Shown here: piece by piece, positions 35,009 to 39,537 of the stretch
Position numbering within the stretch: the stretch's first letter is position 1
Layout: the number at the start of each line of letters is the position of its first letter
Virus record (IMG/VR): IMGVR_UViG_3300048575_000405
Coordinates: 1-39,537 of that record
DNA: 39,537 nt
Source of the DNA: a virus
Taxonomy: Duplodnaviria > Caudoviricetes
Strand: one strand, 5' to 3'
Notes under the pieces: generated by a model
The model's database searches: none
Told to the model about the DNA's origin: nothing
Seen by the model: the letters and a program-made list of their open reading frames with translations, nothing else
Translations under genes and position numbers: made by a program

Positions 35009-35025
35009 GCAAAGGAATCGAACCA

Positions 35026-35535
35026 ATGTCAGAACCCGTCCACAAAGAACGAGCTGCGGCCATTTGCGGTGTCGGCGTCCAATCAATTGATAACTGGATT
35101 GAGTCGGGACACCTGGCCCCGACGAGCAATGTCGGTAAACCGATGTTTCGGATGAGCGATCTCGACCGCATTCGAGCGCTCCGAGTGAAGTACGGCAAGG
35201 GCTGGGTCCGACACATCGATGACGACGGAAAGCCCGAATCATCGCCGGCTTCTGTGTCGCCGCCCAACTTCACACATGGCGGGTTTATTCCATCCTCGCA
35301 ACAACCAACGGACCATCTTCGAGAAGTGATCGAAGACATCCATAACAGAGTTCATCACATGACGCCGGCGCCAGACGTGGACGAGCTCTCCCTATCCGAT
35401 CGCACACAAATCGCGATATGCCAAAAGCTCATTCGCCGCGCGCGCGAGCTGGATAAGCAGGGCAAGCGCGATGCCGCTATCGAGCTTCTTTGGACGGTCA
35501 TCGATGAAGTGTTTGAGGAGCGCCCAGCCGCCTAG
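35026..35535 (+). CDS. Protein with N-terminal MerR/Xis-like HTH
   Basis: AAAICGVGVQSIDNWIESGHL...FRMSDLDRI. Confidence 0.75.
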   Translation: MSEPVHKERAAAICGVGVQSIDNWIESGHLAPTSNVGKPMFRMSDLDRIRALRVKYGKGWVRHIDDDGKPESSPASVSPPNFTHGGFIPSSQQPTDHLREVIEDIHNRVHHMTPAPDVDELSLSDRTQIAICQKLIRRARELDKQGKRDAAIELLWTVIDEVFEERPAA

Positions 35536-36107
35536 GCTTGCCCCTTCAATCGCGCGACCTCAGCCTCCAACTTCCGAATCTTCTCCTTCGCCGCGTGCAG
35601 CCCGCCGGCGCACCGATCCGCGATGCGCGCGTGCGTCGCGACGTCATTCGTAAGTTGCCGAATCCGAAATCCCGCCGGATCACAGTGCGGGCAGTTGCCA
35701 TCGGCGTGGACTTTCGTCGCCCCGATGCACGTTGCGCTCTTGTCGAATTTCGGCATTGCGCATTTGCTTAAGTGACGCTTCAGTGCCTCATCCCAGCCCC
35801 ACTCTGCGTATGCCATCAGCTTATTGGCCAGATTCGATCCTCTCTCGAATCCGTTCGCGATGATATAGTCATAACAGTCTTTGTTCGGGAACGGGATCCG
35901 TGTCGATTCATCTTTCGCGTCGGTCATTTCTTCATCCTTCGCCGGCTTATCATCGGTACATGCAAAATGAGCATCGTCGTCGATATCAAGCGCTCCAAGG
36001 GCCGCATAGAAACCCATCACAAAAGCATAGGCCTCGCGCTCGGTTTCGAATTTATTCTCGACGACCACTCCCTCGTCTTCATGGCAAATCTTGGCATAAA
36101 TTTTCAT
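35532..36107 (-). CDS. Hypothetical protein (possibly two fused ORFs)
   Basis: Acidic N-part, internal Met, CPHC and coiled-coil end. Confidence 0.65.
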   Translation of the reverse strand: MKIYAKICHEDEGVVVENKFETEREAYAFVMGFYAALGALDIDDDAHFACTDDKPAKDEEMTDAKDESTRIPFPNKDCYDYIIANGFERGSNLANKLMAYAEWGWDEALKRHLSKCAMPKFDKSATCIGATKVHADGNCPHCDPAGFRIRQLTNDVATHARIADRCAGGLHAAKEKIRKLEAEVARLKGQA

Positions 36108-36649
36108 CCCTCTCCCTCCCGAGTCGCGCGTTTGAGCCAGTCACGATGCAAGGGTGAGATCGACGTCTTGGACGACATTGTGTCTACCGCACGCCTCACC
36201 AACTCCTTCAGCCGTCCGATCTCAGCCTCAAGCTTTGAAACTGCATACCCTTGCTGAAGGTTAGACTCCATTTCCGATGCCAAATCATGCTCTAATCGCT
36301 CGATCTCCTCGTCTTTCGCGATCAAATTAGAAAGCGACTCATTCCAAAGCCTGTGAAAGTGATCGACTGTTTCGCCAGCCTTTTGCCGTTCAGCTTTTAG
36401 CCGCTCGATCTCTTCCTTAGCCTCTGCAATCCAATCTCTGTTCATGTGATAGACCTTTTCTATTTGCTCCAACTCCTCGATTCGAGCGCGGTCCTTTTCG
36501 TGCTGGTATCGAGCGCCATTTCTGAATCCTTGCCAAAACCATGTGCGCTCTTGTTTCTCTTCGTGGCTGACGTGCTTGTCTTCGGGATAACCAATCCCTA
36601 TAGACTTCATGGCTACAACAACCGCCTTCTCATCAAAGTTCGCGCTCAT
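36104..36649 (-). CDS. Coiled-coil hypothetical protein
   Basis: Repeated EEIERL motifs; ATGA coupling. Confidence 0.75.
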   Translation of the reverse strand: MSANFDEKAVVVAMKSIGIGYPEDKHVSHEEKQERTWFWQGFRNGARYQHEKDRARIEELEQIEKVYHMNRDWIAEAKEEIERLKAERQKAGETVDHFHRLWNESLSNLIAKDEEIERLEHDLASEMESNLQQGYAVSKLEAEIGRLKELVRRAVDTMSSKTSISPLHRDWLKRATREGEG

Positions 36650-36855
36650 TTCGCATACCCCCTCAAGAACTGGCAATTCTCCTTGATGCGGGCCAGATAC
36701 ATTTTGATCTCTTTGTCTGTCGGATCTTTATCGATCCTGGACTCAAGCGTTTTGATCATGGTCACAATGCCCATCATTTGTTTGTGGACCTGATCTTTTA
36801 GCGCCCCAAAATCTTCAGCCAGCTTCGTATGTCTACCTAGAATTTCGTCGCTCAT
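36646..36855 (-). CDS. Hypothetical protein
   Basis: Coupled 69-aa ORF. Confidence 0.65.
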   Translation of the reverse strand: MSDEILGRHTKLAEDFGALKDQVHKQMMGIVTMIKTLESRIDKDPTDKEIKMYLARIKENCQFLRGYAK

Positions 36856-37046
36856 TTCTTCACCAACCTTAATCGACGTGTGCCGAATCCTGGTGCATGC
36901 GCAGGAGGGTTATCCTGATCACATGGATTACACTCACACGGCTTTCCAGGGCTACATCTGCATTCAACATCCCATGCCTTGTCCGGATGATTTTCGCACA
37001 CCCAGCGCTCGCCCTTACACTTTACACATTCGTTCGCGTCGCTCAC
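36852..37046 (-). CDS. Cys-rich Zn-binding phage protein
   Basis: CVKC.GERWVCENHP...CRC..G.PCECN. Confidence 0.75.
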   Translation of the reverse strand: MSDANECVKCKGERWVCENHPDKAWDVECRCSPGKPCECNPCDQDNPPAHAPGFGTRRLRLVKK

Positions 37047-37237
37047 GGGGCTTCTCCTTTGGTTAACTGGCTAACGACAATCGGCACAGAGACAGGCCAT
37101 ACAGCCCCCATGGTCGCAGCAATACCAACACACTCGGAATTCGACACACCGTGGGCATTCCAGCACGTGTATCCTACCGCTCCACTCGTAATGCCGAATC
37201 CGCCTAAGTAGATATAGAGAATCAATTCAAGCCCCAT
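37043..37237 (-). CDS. Small two-TM membrane protein
   Basis: Two hydrophobic stretches, WP motif. Confidence 0.6.
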   Translation of the reverse strand: MGLELILYIYLGGFGITSGAVGYTCWNAHGVSNSECVGIAATMGAVWPVSVPIVVSQLTKGEAP

Positions 37238-37240
37238 CGC

Positions 37241-37522
37241 TCACCCCAACTCCGCAAACGTCAGCAGACACAAGACACGGGCGTCAACGATATGCCTCCA
37301 TTCAATTGCCCAAGACTCGAAGGCAACACGGTCAGAACACAGGTGTTCTGACCACGATATGCCAATCGACATTTCATAGAAGTCACCGAAGCGTTCTGGT
37401 AGTAATTCATCGTGATCACCAGCGATACGAAGCGCATCACAGCAATAAACTACCTCACTACTCGCCACTAACTCCGCAGCTCTAAGCACAATTTGTTTTT
37501 CTCGTCGTGTGAGTTTTTTCAT
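37241..37522 (-). CDS. Hypothetical protein
   Basis: GGAG SD, ATGA coupling. Confidence 0.7.
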   Translation of the reverse strand: MKKLTRREKQIVLRAAELVASSEVVYCCDALRIAGDHDELLPERFGDFYEMSIGISWSEHLCSDRVAFESWAIEWRHIVDARVLCLLTFAELG

Positions 37523-37749
37523 TTCATATCTCCAATCAGCCGATACGTCGCCCAGTAGCCAGGGCCAACTGCGATTCGCTCAATCGCTCCGCGCCTGCGA
37601 AGCTTGTCAATCGCTCTTTTCATGAGATTGTGGTTCATGTCGTTAATCTCTTCTCCGACAGTCCCCAATATCTCTTTGATGTTCATGTTGCTCTGAGACA
37701 GAGCTGCGACAACATCGCGCTCCACGTCCGCATTAGTTTTCCATTTCAT
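37519..37749 (-). CDS. Winged-helix DNA-binding-like protein
   Basis: MNIKEI...KRAIDKLRRRGAIER...YRL. Confidence 0.7.
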   Translation of the reverse strand: MKWKTNADVERDVVAALSQSNMNIKEILGTVGEEINDMNHNLMKRAIDKLRRRGAIERIAVGPGYWATYRLIGDMK

Positions 37750-37976
37750 TACGCGAACTCCTTGTGAAGTTTTCCCATCACGCGATCATATTGGCGGAGC
37801 ATGTCTTCCGTCGCGTCACGGCGGTTCTTAAGCCACGGGCCTTCCTTCATCGCGATGTCGTCAGGGCCCTCGATGTGAACTGACATCACCCATCGAAAAC
37901 CCTGCTCAGACTGTTCAATCGCCGCGCATGTCTTGATCGCAATCTTCGGATAGTAATCTTCTCTCGATTCAGTCAT
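37749..37976 (-). CDS. Hypothetical protein
   Basis: AAGGA SD; coupled ORF. Confidence 0.65.
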   Translation of the reverse strand: MTESREDYYPKIAIKTCAAIEQSEQGFRWVMSVHIEGPDDIAMKEGPWLKNRRDATEDMLRQYDRVMGKLHKEFA

Positions 37977-38241
37977 GTTTCCTTCCCTCGTAATTTATTT
38001 CCGCATGCATCAGTTCAAGCTTTCCGATGCAGTTTTTATAAATATCAAGCCAGTACGGCTTGTGCTCAGCGTCCCCGCTCTTGAATCCATTCCACGCGCG
38101 AAGCATGTGACCGAGTGTTCGGTTAAGCTCAGCCGCTCGTGCGATAAACCGCTCCTGGGCCACAGGCGAAAGCGGCAACACGGGCGATACGTTCGACGGC
38201 ATGTCTTCAAGATTGACTCTGGGCTTTCGCTTTTTCGCCAC
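37969..38241 (-). CDS. Hypothetical protein
   Basis: GGAGGA SD, GTG start. Confidence 0.65.
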   Translation of the reverse strand: MAKKRKPRVNLEDMPSNVSPVLPLSPVAQERFIARAAELNRTLGHMLRAWNGFKSGDAEHKPYWLDIYKNCIGKLELMHAEINYEGRKHD

Positions 38242-38242
38242 A

Positions 38243-38485
38243 TCATCCTCCGGCCGCTATCGCTGGCTTCGCCTTCGAAACCTCACCAGCCTTCGGGCAC
38301 ACCGGAAAATGCCTGATGAAAACCTCGCCAGCAAACTCGCCGGGTATTGCTTCAAACTTGCCGCTGAGCTGACTCCACTCGATCGAGTACGGGTATTTGA
38401 TCCGCTCAAACGAAGCCGGGCGTCCGTCTGGCAAAATCGCATACGCGACGTCACGACCGCAGCGGCTGCACTTGCCGTACTTCAT
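38243..38485 (-). CDS. Zn-ribbon-like phage protein
   Basis: CSRCG...HFPVCP; ATGA overlap with the initiator gene. Confidence 0.72.
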   Translation of the reverse strand: MKYGKCSRCGRDVAYAILPDGRPASFERIKYPYSIEWSQLSGKFEAIPGEFAGEVFIRHFPVCPKAGEVSKAKPAIAAGG

Positions 38486-39537
38486 GCGCTCACCGCTTGG
38501 CCTGGTTGCGCACCAAGCGTCGAATGCGCGGTTTTGAGGTCAATCGCCAGCCGCTCACGATTGCGCTCAGTGTCCTGCATCGCGCGCACCGTGCTCATGA
38601 GCCTGGCCCTGGAAATCCATTCCCAATCGTCGCCGATGAACGATTCGATTTCCGGATCGCCCTGCCCGAATTTTTTTATCGCAGCGAAAAGCCGCGCGGC
38701 GAGATCAAGCCAGCGTTCGGGCCCAGCTCCCTTGCTCGGGCCGCCCACTTGGGTCTTCGGCCACGCGTCGTCGAACCAGTGATCAAGCGCAGCAATCCAA
38801 GCGCCGAGGTCTTCGGGGATCTTTTGCTTCGGGCGGTGGTAATAACCCCAGGCGCGAAGCCCGGTTCGATTCTGAAACTCGGCGTCGGGATAGAGCCTGT
38901 TCCAGAGTTCTCGTTGCTCGGCGGGAATGTCGGCCAGGAGTGATTCGAAATCCCTTGGCCGGTAGGCATCAGATTTCTTCTTCGTCTTTCCGGAAGAAGA
39001 AGAAGTTTCGTTAGAAACTTCTGAAGAGAGAGAAAGAGAGGAAGAAAGAGAAAGAGGTTCGGTTTCGTTCGGCTCCGTTCGGTTTTCGTTCGGAGGCGTG
39101 TTCGGCGGTCGTTCGGTTTCGTTCGGCTCCTGTTCGGATTCCGTTCGGTTTTCATCCGATGAGTCGTCGTTCTGCGGAAGGTTTGATGCGTTGCTCGGTA
39201 TCGCGGTGCCGCTGCGAGCTTTTCGCGCTTCGGCTGATTTCTTTCCAGCCTCGCTTTTTTGCGCCTTGCCGGCCGCAAACCACGCGAATTCGTCCTGGCT
39301 GCCTTTGACGTACACCCCATCGTCGCGTCGCTCGGCGAGCCCGACGGCGATGAATTGAGCGCTATGAGGTACGATATCAAAGAGATGCGTCGGCACAAGT
39401 CCAGCGCCGTCCTTGTAGTAAACGAAAGCAAGCCGCCAAAGTCGCATCGCGACGGCATCGCCAATCATTCCAACTTGCTCGAGAAGAAGTGATCGACGCG
39501 GGTCTTCAAACCATTTATCTGTAATGTTGATACTCAT
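38482..39537 (-). CDS. Phage replication initiator (lambda O-like organisation)
   Basis: N-terminal helical domain, KSEAGKKSAEARK motif, low-complexity iteron-coded linker, Ser-rich tract, C-terminal domain. Confidence 0.75.
   Translation of the reverse strand: MSINITDKWFEDPRRSLLLEQVGMIGDAVAMRLWRLAFVYYKDGAGLVPTHLFDIVPHSAQFIAVGLAERRDDGVYVKGSQDEFAWFAAGKAQKSEAGKKSAEARKARSGTAIPSNASNLPQNDDSSDENRTESEQEPNETERPPNTPPNENRTEPNETEPLSLSSSLSLSSEVSNETSSSSGKTKKKSDAYRPRDFESLLADIPAEQRELWNRLYPDAEFQNRTGLRAWGYYHRPKQKIPEDLGAWIAALDHWFDDAWPKTQVGGPSKGAGPERWLDLAARLFAAIKKFGQGDPEIESFIGDDWEWISRARLMSTVRAMQDTERNRERLAIDLKTAHSTLGAQPGQAVSA
38995..39148. other. Putative origin of replication within the initiator gene
   Basis: Nine GTTCGG repeats at 10-12 bp spacing (39057-39148) next to a purine-rich tract and the AGAAGTTTC/GAAACTTCT inverted repeat. 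Confidence 0.72.

Larger units (their letters stand above)
1..39537. mobile_element. Temperate tailed (siphovirus-like) prophage or phage genome, apparently near-complete
   Basis: Integrase, xis, RecT/YqaJ, repressor switch, lysis, tail, HK97-type head, terminase and initiator modules all present; no host genes recognised. Confidence 0.96.

Noticed and set aside
1-39537. attL/attR or terminal repeats inside the window
   Set aside because: No matching repeat seen at the two ends; both ends coincide with gene boundaries, so att sites cannot be placed.

Overview
The window is an essentially complete temperate siphovirus-type (pro)phage genome. It starts exactly at the stop codon of a tyrosine integrase and ends exactly at the ATG of a replication initiator. 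Almost everything is on the minus strand. Left arm: int, xis, a ~750 bp non-coding and heavily structured region containing a 231-nt expanded-cloverleaf tRNA-like element, small early genes, an SMC-like ATPase, RecT, a YqaJ exonuclease, HTH regulators and a cro/cI-like divergent switch. Accessory block: HTH, a lipoprotein behind a sigma28-like promoter, a DUF4160/BrnA-like TA pair and an MTase-Mrr fusion. Then lysis genes, glycine-rich fibre genes with apparent signal peptides, tail genes (with a -1 frameshift chaperone), an HK97-type head (portal fused to MuF), terminase, a divergent RHH/LuxR/HTH regulator trio, small middle genes and the initiator with phased iterons. Several protein motifs suggest a Bdellovibrionota-like host (inference from recollection, not searched). 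All family calls are from motif recognition by eye; no database searches were run.
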